A stretch of DNA of 64,000 bases from Chitinophagales bacterium. GTDB taxonomy: Bacteria; Bacteroidota; Bacteroidia; Chitinophagales; BACL12. Shown here piece by piece: positions 28,571 through 37,925 of the stretch; position 1 is the stretch's first letter; each line of letters starts with the position of its first letter. The position numbers were made by a program, and so were the translations under genes. The notes under the pieces were generated by a model. It did not search any database. It was given only the letters and a program-made list of their open reading frames with translations, and was not told where the DNA came from. The DNA is taken from assembly GCA_035439505.1 (NCBI GenBank), contig DAORKJ010000002.1, forward strand, positions 20,735 through 84,734, in the 5' to 3' direction.

Positions 28571-29605
28571 ATGAATAAATTTTTTAAAAGAAAATTGCTA
28601 TCTGCTATGCCGTTTAGGTTAAGTAAAACTGAAACGGAAATGTTAAATGATATGCAAATTAAAGATATCCTATCTGAGCCCGACACACACAAAAAAAATA
28701 ATACAGGTTCGAACCCGTATAGGGTTATTTTAGATGGGTTTATGGGGAAGGTGGTTAGGCTAATGACCATCTTCTCCCTTTTATTACTTGTATTTATAAT
28801 AATTGGCCTTGTTTATAAGTCATTGCCTGTATTAGGTGCAAATAGTTTAAAAGATTTATTATTTTCTTCACAATGGAGCCCATTTAAAGGGGAATTTGGT
28901 TTTTTACCATTCATTTTAAGTACTGTTTATGTCACCGTTATAGCGGCTGTCATTAGTATTCCGCTTAGTATATTAACAGCAATTTATTTGAGCGAGTATG
29001 CCAACAAAAGATTTCTAAAAGTTGCTGCACCAATGTTAGATATTCTGGCTGGAATTCCATCCGTTATTTATGGTATTTGGGGTGTTTTAATTATTGTACC
29101 TTTTATACGTAATGATGTTGCAGGTTGGTTTGGTGTTGAAGACTCAAGTGGATATTCTTTACTTGCAGGAGGAATTGTATTATCGGTAATGGTTTTTCCC
29201 GTTGTTGTTCAAATTGTATATGAAGTACTTAAAATTGTACCAGTTACATTGCGAGAAGCAACGCTTTCACTTGGTGCTACAAAATGGGAAACAATTAAAA
29301 AAGTAGTAATTAAAAAAGCCTCACCTGGTATATTGGCTGCTTGTATTTTAGGGTTTTCTCGTGCATTTGGTGAAACAATAGCTGTTTTAATGGTGGTTGG
29401 GAATGTTGTACAGGTACCGAAAGGAATTTTCGATGAGGGTTATCCAATTCCATCATTAATAGCAAACAATTACGGTGAAATGATGAGCATACCCATGTAT
29501 GATTCTGCGCTCATGTTTGCCGCATTAATTTTATTATTAATCATTCTGGTTTTTAATATTTATGCCCGTTGGGTGTTGAACAGAATGGAGAAAAAAATCG
29601 CATGA
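28571..29605 (+). CDS. pstC: Phosphate ABC transporter permease PstC
   Basis: It is a polytopic permease with an EAA-like loop (REATLSLGATKWETIKKV). Confidence 0.85.
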   Translation: MNKFFKRKLLSAMPFRLSKTETEMLNDMQIKDILSEPDTHKKNNTGSNPYRVILDGFMGKVVRLMTIFSLLLLVFIIIGLVYKSLPVLGANSLKDLLFSSQWSPFKGEFGFLPFILSTVYVTVIAAVISIPLSILTAIYLSEYANKRFLKVAAPMLDILAGIPSVIYGIWGVLIIVPFIRNDVAGWFGVEDSSGYSLLAGGIVLSVMVFPVVVQIVYEVLKIVPVTLREATLSLGATKWETIKKVVIKKASPGILAACILGFSRAFGETIAVLMVVGNVVQVPKGIFDEGYPIPSLIANNYGEMMSIPMYDSALMFAALILLLIILVFNIYARWVLNRMEKKIA

Positions 29606-30456
29606 TTATGAATAAGAGAAAACTGGAAGAGAAAATATTTAACATCATAATGCGCATAGCAGCTTTCATCATATTTGGAAGCCTCATTGCTATTTCAATT
29701 ACTATTCTTATTGAGGGTATTCCTTCCATGAATATGGATATGATTACTAAAACTCCGCAAGGTGGTTTCTACCTGGGTAAAGAAGGTGGGATTTTAAATG
29801 CAATTGCGGGATCGTTTTATCTTGCAATTGGTGCTACGCTATTTGCATTAATTATTTGTTTACCTACTGTAATTTATATCAACATTTATGCACCTAAGAA
29901 TTCCAAATTTGCCAATCTTACACGTTTATGTTTAGATGTATTATACGGCATTCCTAGTATTGTATTTGGTGCATTTGGATTTGTACTAATGTTGCTGATT
30001 GGTATGAAAGTAAGTTTGTTAGCAGGTATTATTACCGTTGGGTTATTAATAGTACCCATTATAGCCCGAACCATGGATGAAGTTATAAGACAAGTTCCGG
30101 GAGAGTTGCAGGAAGCCGCATTTAGTTTAGGCGCAACACGCTGGGAAACCGCAATAAAAGTTGTTTTAAAACAGGGATTACCCGGATTAGCAACTGCGGC
30201 ATTACTTGGATTTGGACGTGCAATTGGAGACGCCGCATCGGTAATGTTCACAACAGGGTTTACCGACAATATACCACATTCTATAAATGACCCTGCGGCA
30301 ACTTTACCATTAGCAATATTCTTTCAATTAAGTTCTCCAATTGCTGAAGTGAGAGAAAGAGCTTATGCTGCAGCATTAATATTAACTGTAATCATTTTCG
30401 CAATAAGTTTACTTAGCCGACTTTTAATTAAAAGATTTTCTAAAAATACCATCTGA
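29602..30456 (+). CDS. pstA: Phosphate ABC transporter permease PstA
   Basis: It has the EAAFSLGATRWETAIKV loop. Its ATG overlaps the pstC stop (ATGA). Confidence 0.85.
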   Translation: MIMNKRKLEEKIFNIIMRIAAFIIFGSLIAISITILIEGIPSMNMDMITKTPQGGFYLGKEGGILNAIAGSFYLAIGATLFALIICLPTVIYINIYAPKNSKFANLTRLCLDVLYGIPSIVFGAFGFVLMLLIGMKVSLLAGIITVGLLIVPIIARTMDEVIRQVPGELQEAAFSLGATRWETAIKVVLKQGLPGLATAALLGFGRAIGDAASVMFTTGFTDNIPHSINDPAATLPLAIFFQLSSPIAEVRERAYAAALILTVIIFAISLLSRLLIKRFSKNTI

Positions 30457-30469
30457 AATAAATTATTTT

Positions 30470-31237
30470 ATGACAACAACTGTAAAATCGCATATCAGTA
30501 TCCGCAATCTCAATATGATGTACGGATCTAACCATGCTTTAAAAAATATAAATATTGATATCCCTGATAAAAAATTAACCGCCATAATTGGCCCTAGTGG
30601 ATGCGGTAAAACTACCTTACTTAAAACATTTAATCGTTTGATAGAAGGAGTAGATGGCACCAAAATTACTGGTGAAGTATTGGTTGATGGAGAAAATATT
30701 TATGCCAAAACTGCTGATGTAACAAATATTCGTAAGAAAATGGGTTTGCTAAATCAACGACCTACACCATTGCCAATGAGTATTTTCGATAACATCGCAT
30801 TTGGTATGCGTATTCATGGTGAAAAAAATAAACGCTTGTTGCAAGATCGCGTACAACATTATTTACAAGTTGCGAGTTTGTGGGATGAAGTAAAGGACAG
30901 GTTACATACACCGGCAGCAAGATTGTCTATTGGCCAGCAACAACGTTTATGTTTAGCAAGAGGCCTTGCTGTTGAACCTGAAATTATCTTAGGAGATGAA
31001 CCTACAAGTGCTTTAGACCCAATTTCAACTAAACATATTGAAAATAAATTTTCAGAATTAAAAGAGCAATACACCATTGTAATGGTGACACATATTTTAC
31101 GCCAGGCAAGAAGAATTGCTGATTATGTGATTTTCATGTATTTAGGCGAAATAATAGAACATGGTCCGACAGAGCAGGTTTTAACCAACCCGCAACACCA
31201 ATTAACAAAGGACTATGTTGGCGGAACGATAAGCTGA
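30470..31237 (+). CDS. pstB: Phosphate ABC transporter ATP-binding protein PstB
   Basis: It has Walker A (GPSGCGKTT), the signature LSIGQQQRL and Walker B (ILGDEPTSALD). Confidence 0.95.
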   Translation: MTTTVKSHISIRNLNMMYGSNHALKNINIDIPDKKLTAIIGPSGCGKTTLLKTFNRLIEGVDGTKITGEVLVDGENIYAKTADVTNIRKKMGLLNQRPTPLPMSIFDNIAFGMRIHGEKNKRLLQDRVQHYLQVASLWDEVKDRLHTPAARLSIGQQQRLCLARGLAVEPEIILGDEPTSALDPISTKHIENKFSELKEQYTIVMVTHILRQARRIADYVIFMYLGEIIEHGPTEQVLTNPQHQLTKDYVGGTIS

Positions 31238-31268
31238 CAAGCAGTTTTTCATAAATCGGTTAGGTTGA

Positions 31269-31304
31269 GAACCCTGTGAGTTATGGCGCAGGGTTCGCTG
31301 TTTA
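31269..31304 (+). terminator. Candidate terminator after pstB
   Basis: GAACCCTG...CAGGGTTC forms the stem, but the downstream T tract is weak. Confidence 0.4.
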
Positions 31305-31332
31305 ATAAAAATGCCCGCCAATTGGCAGGCAT
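31303..31332 (-). terminator. Candidate terminator after the flavoprotein gene
   Basis: ATGCCCGCC-aatt-GGCAGGCAT forms a stem with one mismatch. On the minus strand a T5 tract follows. Confidence 0.5.
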
Positions 31333-31365
31333 TTGCACTTTACACATCCAACTATTCTATTTCAA

Positions 31366-32784
31366 TTAATCAATAATCCAATCAAAAAACGATTTTCTAC
31401 GTGTTTCCATAAACGATTGACTAATTTGTTTGGCGATATCATTTGCTTGTAACCGTATTTCTCTAATTGCTACACTTTCAAATTCTTTCCCCCTTCTAAG
31501 ATTACCAATTACAAAAATGTTTTTATCCGGTAATCCTGATTTATTAATAATATTGCCTTTGCTTGTGCAAGCAACACCTAAATCAAAATAATCAGTATCT
31601 GCCATCTCTCCTTCAAATAAATTTTGCCACAAACGATGTTTTGATTTTTTCAGGTTTGTCAATGGGCCGATACAGTTTATTAGATACTGAACATCGAATG
31701 ATATATTTTCCGAAGTCTTACGCAATTGAATAGCTGCAGCAATTCCATTTTGATTGGCAGCAAGCGACTTAATTTTACCTCCATAAATGGCAACTCCGCC
31801 CGACTGAATTTCATTTTGTAAATAGGCATAAGTTGATGCAGGTATTCGGTGTCGGTGAATTTCCCAATAGGGCTTCATATGCTCCATTAATCTGATGCGG
31901 TCGTTTAAACTCAGGCTGTTCCACCATTGCGGTAAATAAGGTCTGATAGCATCCATAACACTTTGCCAACCTATATTTTTGGCAGCAGCTAATTTCACCT
32001 CTGACTTTATATATTTTATTAAAGATGTTACGGAAATTTTTTCCGGGATTTTGTTTTGTAAATCCCAATGTTCACCCATTTTATGTGGTAATGGTATTAA
32101 CCCATGACGTGAAACAATATGTAATTTTCCCTTGTGACCATTTTTTCTTAAATTAATTAATACATCTACCATTGTTAAACCACAACCAACTATTAATATT
32201 GGAGCTTCATTCGGTATATTATTGAGTACTGCAGGTTGCCAGGGATTAGTAATAACATTGCCGTTTATATAAATGGAATTTGTTATTGGATATGGAAAAT
32301 GATTGTCCTGATTACCACTTGCTATTACAACCTTATCGCAACTAATTGTTTTGCCGGAATCAAGGGATATTGAGTATACATCTTTTTCCTGTTGAATATT
32401 AATTACCTCATCATGTACAATCGCAATTTCAGCATTACAATTTTGCAGTTGCGTATTAAGGTTTTCAGTTAAATAAGTTCCGAATAGCTGACGTGGTGCA
32501 AAATAATCAGGTGTAATATCAGATTGCTCAATACCTGCCTTTGGGCCATTGGCTTGTAACCAATTGTAAAAATGGTTGGGTTCATTAATATACAAACTCA
32601 TGCCAGAAGCCGGAACATTTAGTGGCTGCACCTGTAAGTCAGAAGCATATGCCAATCCTTTAAATAATTGAGATGGCGATTTTTCAATAATAACTATTTG
32701 AAAATTATCCATTTTTTGTTGGCATAAATAAAGTGCAGTTAATGACCCGCTCAGTCCGCCACCAATAATTACAATGCGCTTCAT
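31366..32784 (-). CDS. FAD/NAD(P)-binding flavoprotein (YdhS/COG4529-like)
   Basis: It has an N-terminal VIIGGGLSGS dinucleotide fold and a second Rossmann-like ILIVGCGLTMVD segment. It has no CxxC motif. Confidence 0.7.
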   Translation of the reverse strand: MKRIVIIGGGLSGSLTALYLCQQKMDNFQIVIIEKSPSQLFKGLAYASDLQVQPLNVPASGMSLYINEPNHFYNWLQANGPKAGIEQSDITPDYFAPRQLFGTYLTENLNTQLQNCNAEIAIVHDEVINIQQEKDVYSISLDSGKTISCDKVVIASGNQDNHFPYPITNSIYINGNVITNPWQPAVLNNIPNEAPILIVGCGLTMVDVLINLRKNGHKGKLHIVSRHGLIPLPHKMGEHWDLQNKIPEKISVTSLIKYIKSEVKLAAAKNIGWQSVMDAIRPYLPQWWNSLSLNDRIRLMEHMKPYWEIHRHRIPASTYAYLQNEIQSGGVAIYGGKIKSLAANQNGIAAAIQLRKTSENISFDVQYLINCIGPLTNLKKSKHRLWQNLFEGEMADTDYFDLGVACTSKGNIINKSGLPDKNIFVIGNLRRGKEFESVAIREIRLQANDIAKQISQSFMETRRKSFFDWIID

Positions 32785-32789
32785 ATCAT

Positions 32790-33425
32790 TTATTTATTCG
32801 GTTGTGGAGTAATACGCAAGTAAGGAGTAACACTGTGATATCCTTTTGGAAATTTGCTGGCAATTTCTTCATCTTGAATGGAAGGAATAATAATTACATC
32901 TTCACCATCTTTCCAGTTTGCAGGGGTTGACACACTGAAATTAGCTGTCAGTTGCAAGCTGTCTATGACTCTTAACAACTCATCGAAATTTCTTCCTGTA
33001 GACGCCGGGTAAGCTATGGTGAGTTTCACTTTTTTGTCAGGACTAATAACATACACAGTTCTGACGGTGGTGCTGTCACTGGCATTTGGATGAATCATGT
33101 CGTATAATAATGCAATTTTTTTCTCAGGGTCTGCGATAAGCGGATAATCGATGGTTGTTTGTTGCGTAGTTTCAATATCCGATATCCAGGCCATGTGCTT
33201 TTCAATAGGGTCAACACTGAGTGCTATAATTTTAACGTTCCTGGCACTGAAAGCTGCTTTGTACCTACCTGCCAAGCCTAGTTCTGTAGTACATACCGGT
33301 GTGAAATCGGCAGGATGACTGAACAAAACAACCCAGCTGCTTCCAGCCCAGTCATAAAAATGGATATTACCCATAGTTGTCTGGGCAATAAAGTCGGGAG
33401 CGGTGTCGCCTAATCGAATACTCAT
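32790..33425 (-). CDS. 1-Cys peroxiredoxin (Prx6 subfamily)
   Basis: MSIRLGDTAPDF and PVCTTE are present, and that is the only Cys in the protein. I prefer the ATG at 33425 to the TTG at 33443. Confidence 0.9.
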   Translation of the reverse strand: MSIRLGDTAPDFIAQTTMGNIHFYDWAGSSWVVLFSHPADFTPVCTTELGLAGRYKAAFSARNVKIIALSVDPIEKHMAWISDIETTQQTTIDYPLIADPEKKIALLYDMIHPNASDSTTVRTVYVISPDKKVKLTIAYPASTGRNFDELLRVIDSLQLTANFSVSTPANWKDGEDVIIIPSIQDEEIASKFPKGYHSVTPYLRITPQPNK

Positions 33426-33440
33426 AACATTTATTTTTTG

Positions 33441-33462
33441 CAAATCTATAAAATCTATAGAA
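33441..33462. promoter_or_regulatory. CTAT-N7-ATAG element overlapping the minus-strand -7 box of the prx operon
   Basis: The element is ATCTATAAAATCTATAGAA (33444-33462). CAAATCTA (33441-33448) reads TAGATTTG on the minus strand, 15 nt before the prx ATG. Confidence 0.45.
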
Positions 33463-33488
33463 TAAGCAGTATATTAAATTTGATAAAA

Positions 33489-33531
33489 ATCTATCAAATC
33501 TATAGTATATATAGAAAAAGTAGTATTTTTG
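33489..33531 (+). promoter_or_regulatory. CTAT-N7-ATAG element plus -7 box for the SLC13 transporter gene
   Basis: The element is ATCTATCAAATCTATAGTA (33489-33507). TATTTTTG follows at 33524-33531. Confidence 0.45.
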
Positions 33532-33553
33532 CGCACCATCTAAAATTACTCTT

Positions 33554-35317
33554 ATGGAAATTGCAATTGTACTAGCCCTGCTAGTATTGGCTATTATTGC
33601 CTTTTCTACCGAAAAAATATCGGTAGATATTGTCACGATGACCGCAGTATTGCTGCTGGTTTTGACAGGAATTCTCGACTACAAGGAAGCGTTCGCCCCT
33701 TTCGGCAGCGATTTTATCATCATGTTGGCATCCATTTTTATTGTCACTTCGGCAATTGATTCCTCTGGGGTGCTGGAACATTGGACTTCCAAACTCATGC
33801 ACCGTTCGGGAGGTAGTCAAATGAAACTGATAATGCCTATGATTACTATTACCAGTGCTTTTTCGGCTTTTATGAATAATACTACCGTAACGGCATTGAT
33901 GATTAATCCCGCTATGGCTATTGCTAAAAAATCGGGAATTAACTTTTCTAAAATATTACTGCCCCTCGCTTTTGCCTCAATTGTAGGTGGAACTTGTACT
34001 TTAATTGGTACTTCTACTAACGTGGCTGTGAATGCCTATTTGAGCAAAAATGGCTATGAAGCATTTGGTATGTGGGACTTTACTTTAATTGGTATTATTA
34101 TGGTAATTGTTACACTGGTGTACATGGCAACGGTTGGAGTAAGAATGTTACCGAACAGACACAATGGTGACCTCACTGCAGAATATGGCGTAAGAGAATA
34201 TTTGAGCGAAATTAAAATATTAGCCGGTTCAACTTTAATTGGTCAGGTAATTCACGACTCGGAAATAAGCCGCATGGGTTTTAATGTTCTGGCTGTAATA
34301 AGAGGAGACAGACAATTTGCACCCGGACCTAATATTTCTTTCCGCGAAGGGGATATTGTTTTAGTAAAAGGTGCAATGCAACAATTACTGCAAGTAAAAA
34401 ATACAAAAGGAATTGATATTGTTGCGGATACTTTAGATTTTTATCAACCAAATGATAAGGCGCTTAAATTAACCGAAGTGGTTGTGCCGGGACGTTCAGA
34501 TTTAGCCGGTTCAACAATTGCCGAAATCGATTTTAGAAGAAAATACGGTATGGTGATAGTGGCTATTAACCGTGAAGGAAAAAATATTACAGAGCAATTA
34601 AACAATATTGTTATTGAAGTTGGTGATATGTTGCTTGTACAAGGTACTGATGATGCTTTTAATAAATTAAAAAATCACCACGACCTGGTTGTATTATCTG
34701 CACATATTCCACCGGTTAAAAATTTGTGGAAAGGTTATTTCGCATTGGGCTTCTTCTGTTTGGCAATAATTATAAGCTCTATTAAATTTTTTAACGTGCA
34801 CGTTTCTGTGGCGTTTTTAGCAAGCGCAGTTTTAAGTATGTTGGTTGGTGCAGTTAAACCGGATGATGCCTATAAAAGTATAGAATGGAAATTATTGGTG
34901 CTTATTGCAGGTATGACAGCATTCGGAACCGCAATGGGTAATTCAGGCGCCGATAAATATTTAGCAGAATTAATAGTCAGCTGGTTTGGTGGTTTTGGGC
35001 CTACCGGTATCATGTTGGGTTTTATGGTATTAACAGTGTTACTTACTCAACCTATGAGCAACGCGGCTGCGGCATTAGTAGTATTGCCTGTAGCATTGGA
35101 AGCGGCAAATACCTTGCATGTTAATCCATTAAGTTATGCAATTGCTGTAATGCTTTCTGCATCAGTTTCTTTAATAACTCCATTTGAGCCATCATGTATT
35201 TTAGTATATGGGCCGGGTAAATATAAATTTATCGATTTTGTAAAAGTGGGAGGTATATTAACTGCCATATTGGTTGGTATTATATATTTTGCAGTGCCTA
35301 TCATGTGGCCGCTATAA
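33554..35317 (+). CDS. SLC13/DASS-type anion permease with two central TrkA-C (RCK_C) domains
   Basis: It is a polytopic protein with two soluble repeats resembling TrkA-C (…LSEIKILAGSTLIGQ…, …LTEVVVPGRSDLAGSTIAE…). Confidence 0.8.
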   Translation: MEIAIVLALLVLAIIAFSTEKISVDIVTMTAVLLLVLTGILDYKEAFAPFGSDFIIMLASIFIVTSAIDSSGVLEHWTSKLMHRSGGSQMKLIMPMITITSAFSAFMNNTTVTALMINPAMAIAKKSGINFSKILLPLAFASIVGGTCTLIGTSTNVAVNAYLSKNGYEAFGMWDFTLIGIIMVIVTLVYMATVGVRMLPNRHNGDLTAEYGVREYLSEIKILAGSTLIGQVIHDSEISRMGFNVLAVIRGDRQFAPGPNISFREGDIVLVKGAMQQLLQVKNTKGIDIVADTLDFYQPNDKALKLTEVVVPGRSDLAGSTIAEIDFRRKYGMVIVAINREGKNITEQLNNIVIEVGDMLLVQGTDDAFNKLKNHHDLVVLSAHIPPVKNLWKGYFALGFFCLAIIISSIKFFNVHVSVAFLASAVLSMLVGAVKPDDAYKSIEWKLLVLIAGMTAFGTAMGNSGADKYLAELIVSWFGGFGPTGIMLGFMVLTVLLTQPMSNAAAALVVLPVALEAANTLHVNPLSYAIAVMLSASVSLITPFEPSCILVYGPGKYKFIDFVKVGGILTAILVGIIYFAVPIMWPL

Positions 35318-35340
35318 TGGTGCCATTAAACGAAATTATT

Positions 35341-35370
35341 TGCGGCTTATTTATAAGCCGCATTTTTTTT
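35341..35370 (+). terminator. Intrinsic terminator for the SLC13 gene, embedded in the 3' end of the convergent ATPase gene
   Basis: TGCGGCTTAT-tt-ATAAGCCGCA forms the stem and is followed by T8. Confidence 0.6.
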
Positions 35371-37842
35371 GCGCAAAATATATTTATATAATTCAATCCA
35401 AAGTACTGCTAACATACTCACCCCAAAACAGGCTAAAATTTCAACAATACTTAATGCACTAAATTGAAATAAATTACGAACCGGTTCGAGATAAATGGAA
35501 AGTAAAAGTACAGTTGTTGATATACATAAAATAATTGGAACCAAAGGGTTTTTATAGCGTAAGGTATGCAAAATTGAATAATAAAATGAACGATTTACCA
35601 GCGTTAATAAAATATTACTAAAAATTAAAATGGTATAAATTATAGTTCGGATGAATTGTTCATTGTAGCCTTGTATCATCAGGAAATATGCAGGGGTTAA
35701 ACATCCTGCAGTTATTACCAGCCCCTGAACTATACTCATATTTAATTCCTTTATGGAAAAAAATCGATTCGACATTTTTCGGGGTGATTTATCCATTGAA
35801 TCTGCATCTGCAGGTTCGTTTTCAAAAATAATGGAACAGGTAGGCCCCATAATTAATTCCAGCATAATTACGTGAATGGGGTTGAAGAAATCGGTAAAGT
35901 CCCAAAAAAATAATAGAGGTATTGTAACTATCAGAATAATGGGAATATGAATGCTGATAATATAACGAATGGCTTTTTTAAGATTTTCATATATTCTTCT
36001 ACCCAAAGCTACGGCCTCAACCATATGTTGAAGATTATCATCGGTTAGAATTAATGAGGCAGCTTGCTTGGCAATTTCAGTTCCTCGCTGCCCCATCGCA
36101 ATACCAATATGCGCTGCTTTTAATGCAGGGCCATCGTTTACGCCATCTCCTGTCATGGCTACAATTTCCCCGTTGCGTTTATATGCTTCCACCACTTTTA
36201 ATTTCGCTTCGGGAAACATGCGTGCATACACATCTACATCACGAACTTTTTGCGCAATTGTTTCGTCGCTCATCTCCATTATTTCATTTCCAGTTAAAAC
36301 TGTAGCATGATTTTTTAAACCAATTTGCTGAGCAATGGCGACTGCTGTTGGAGCATAATCGCCGGTTATCATTTTTACCCCAATACCGGCTTTATAAAAT
36401 GATTGAACAATGGATGCAGTATTTTTTTTAGGAGGATCGTTAAATGCAATTAATCCTAAAAATGTAAATGTTAATTCAGATTGTGCTAGCGGGAAAGTTG
36501 TATAATTATTGGCTGATTTAGCTACTGCTAAAACACGATATCCTTGTGATGATAATTGTTGAGTTGTTGAAATAACCTTTGCTTTTTGTTGTTCGGTTAA
36601 GGTTGACTGGCGTATTATACTTTCAACACCACCTTTCGCAGCTATTATAATATCGTTAGCTGCATTTCGAAAAACATGTGTCATAATTGGTGGTGTACCC
36701 GCAAGTGGATATTCATGCACCATTTTGTATTCTAATCGTTGATCGGTTGTATATGAATTAGTATATAAAACATGAATTGATTTTTCCATCGGGTCGAAAG
36801 GTGAAACCTCCGATGACCACATGGCATATTCTAAAACAATATTTGGTTGTGCAGGATTATCGATATAAGAATAATAACTGTCGCTTTCTAAAATATAAAC
36901 GCCGGCAACCTGCATACTATTTTCAGTTAATGTGCCGGTTTTATCTGCGCATATTATTGTAGCAGCACCTAAAGCCTCAACAGTTTGTGGTGTGCGAGCA
37001 ATCACATTTTTTTTAATTAAACGAAATGCGCCTAATGCTAAAAACGTGCTGAATGCAACAGGAATTTCTTCAGGTAAAACCGACATGGCCATGGTTAATC
37101 CGTGTAATAAGCCGTGTAATAGACTACCGGTTGTATAATAATTAATTCCCCACACTATAAAAAAGGCAATAACACCGGCAATTACCATGTGTAATACAAA
37201 TGCGCTTATTTGTATTTGCAAAGGTGTTTTGCTGGTTTCAATTGCAGATAAACTTTTTCCTATTTTACCCATTTCGGTTTGCACACCAACACGCGTTACT
37301 TTTGCTATACATGAACCTGTTGCCACTAATGTTCCCTTAAATATCAAAACAGGGTCACCTCCCGGTGCTTTAAATACAGGAACCGACTCACCTGTCAACA
37401 TGCTTTCATTCACCGAAAAATCATGTGCTTCTAATAATTCAGCATCTGCAGGAACAATATTGCCATCCTCACAAAAAATGATATCATTCACCACAATATC
37501 ATTTGTAGGAACTATTATTGTTTTTCCTGAGCGAGCAACTTTAGCCCCACTATCTGTTAATTGTTTGAGAGCTTCTACCGCATTACTGCTTCTGTTTTCC
37601 TGATATATGGAAATACCGGCTACAAAAAATAAAGCCGCTAACATAATAAATCCTTCAGCCGATTCGCCTAAAATAAAATAAATAATAGCTGCAATTACTA
37701 AAATAATAAACATAGGCTCTGCTACTACGCCTAAAAGTAAATGCCATAATTTATTTTGACGTTTACCTGTGATGCCGTTAGCGCCAAACTGCTGGCGCAC
37801 AGCAATTACTTCTTTTTCGGATAAACCTGGTGGGATATTCAT
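35347..37842 (-). CDS. Cation-translocating P-type ATPase (type II-like, Ca2+/Mg2+ class)
   Basis: It has ICADKTGTLTEN, MITGDY, TGDGVNDGPALK and about 10 TM segments. Confidence 0.9.
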   Translation of the reverse strand: MNIPPGLSEKEVIAVRQQFGANGITGKRQNKLWHLLLGVVAEPMFIILVIAAIIYFILGESAEGFIMLAALFFVAGISIYQENRSSNAVEALKQLTDSGAKVARSGKTIIVPTNDIVVNDIIFCEDGNIVPADAELLEAHDFSVNESMLTGESVPVFKAPGGDPVLIFKGTLVATGSCIAKVTRVGVQTEMGKIGKSLSAIETSKTPLQIQISAFVLHMVIAGVIAFFIVWGINYYTTGSLLHGLLHGLTMAMSVLPEEIPVAFSTFLALGAFRLIKKNVIARTPQTVEALGAATIICADKTGTLTENSMQVAGVYILESDSYYSYIDNPAQPNIVLEYAMWSSEVSPFDPMEKSIHVLYTNSYTTDQRLEYKMVHEYPLAGTPPIMTHVFRNAANDIIIAAKGGVESIIRQSTLTEQQKAKVISTTQQLSSQGYRVLAVAKSANNYTTFPLAQSELTFTFLGLIAFNDPPKKNTASIVQSFYKAGIGVKMITGDYAPTAVAIAQQIGLKNHATVLTGNEIMEMSDETIAQKVRDVDVYARMFPEAKLKVVEAYKRNGEIVAMTGDGVNDGPALKAAHIGIAMGQRGTEIAKQAASLILTDDNLQHMVEAVALGRRIYENLKKAIRYIISIHIPIILIVTIPLLFFWDFTDFFNPIHVIMLELIMGPTCSIIFENEPADADSMDKSPRKMSNRFFSIKELNMSIVQGLVITAGCLTPAYFLMIQGYNEQFIRTIIYTILIFSNILLTLVNRSFYYSILHTLRYKNPLVPIILCISTTVLLLSIYLEPVRNLFQFSALSIVEILACFGVSMLAVLWIELYKYILRKKNAAYK

Positions 37843-37925
37843 TGTTAATGCCTAAATTAAGCATTATAAAGGTAATACCTGATACGCAGTAGTAAGATGA
37901 TTAAAATCAGCAAAAATTTGGGCAG

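Noticed and set aside
33367-33636. 89-aa minus-strand ORF spanning the prx/SLC13 divergent promoter region
   Set aside because: It covers both -7 boxes and both operator copies and overlaps two real gene starts. Its Tyr/Phe/Arg-rich translation is an artefact of AT-rich repeats.
37187-37603. 138-aa plus-strand ORF, plus neighbours at 36054-36310 and 36932-37138
   Set aside because: They lie entirely antisense to the P-type ATPase CDS, which has unmistakable motifs. The translations are low-complexity with no start context.
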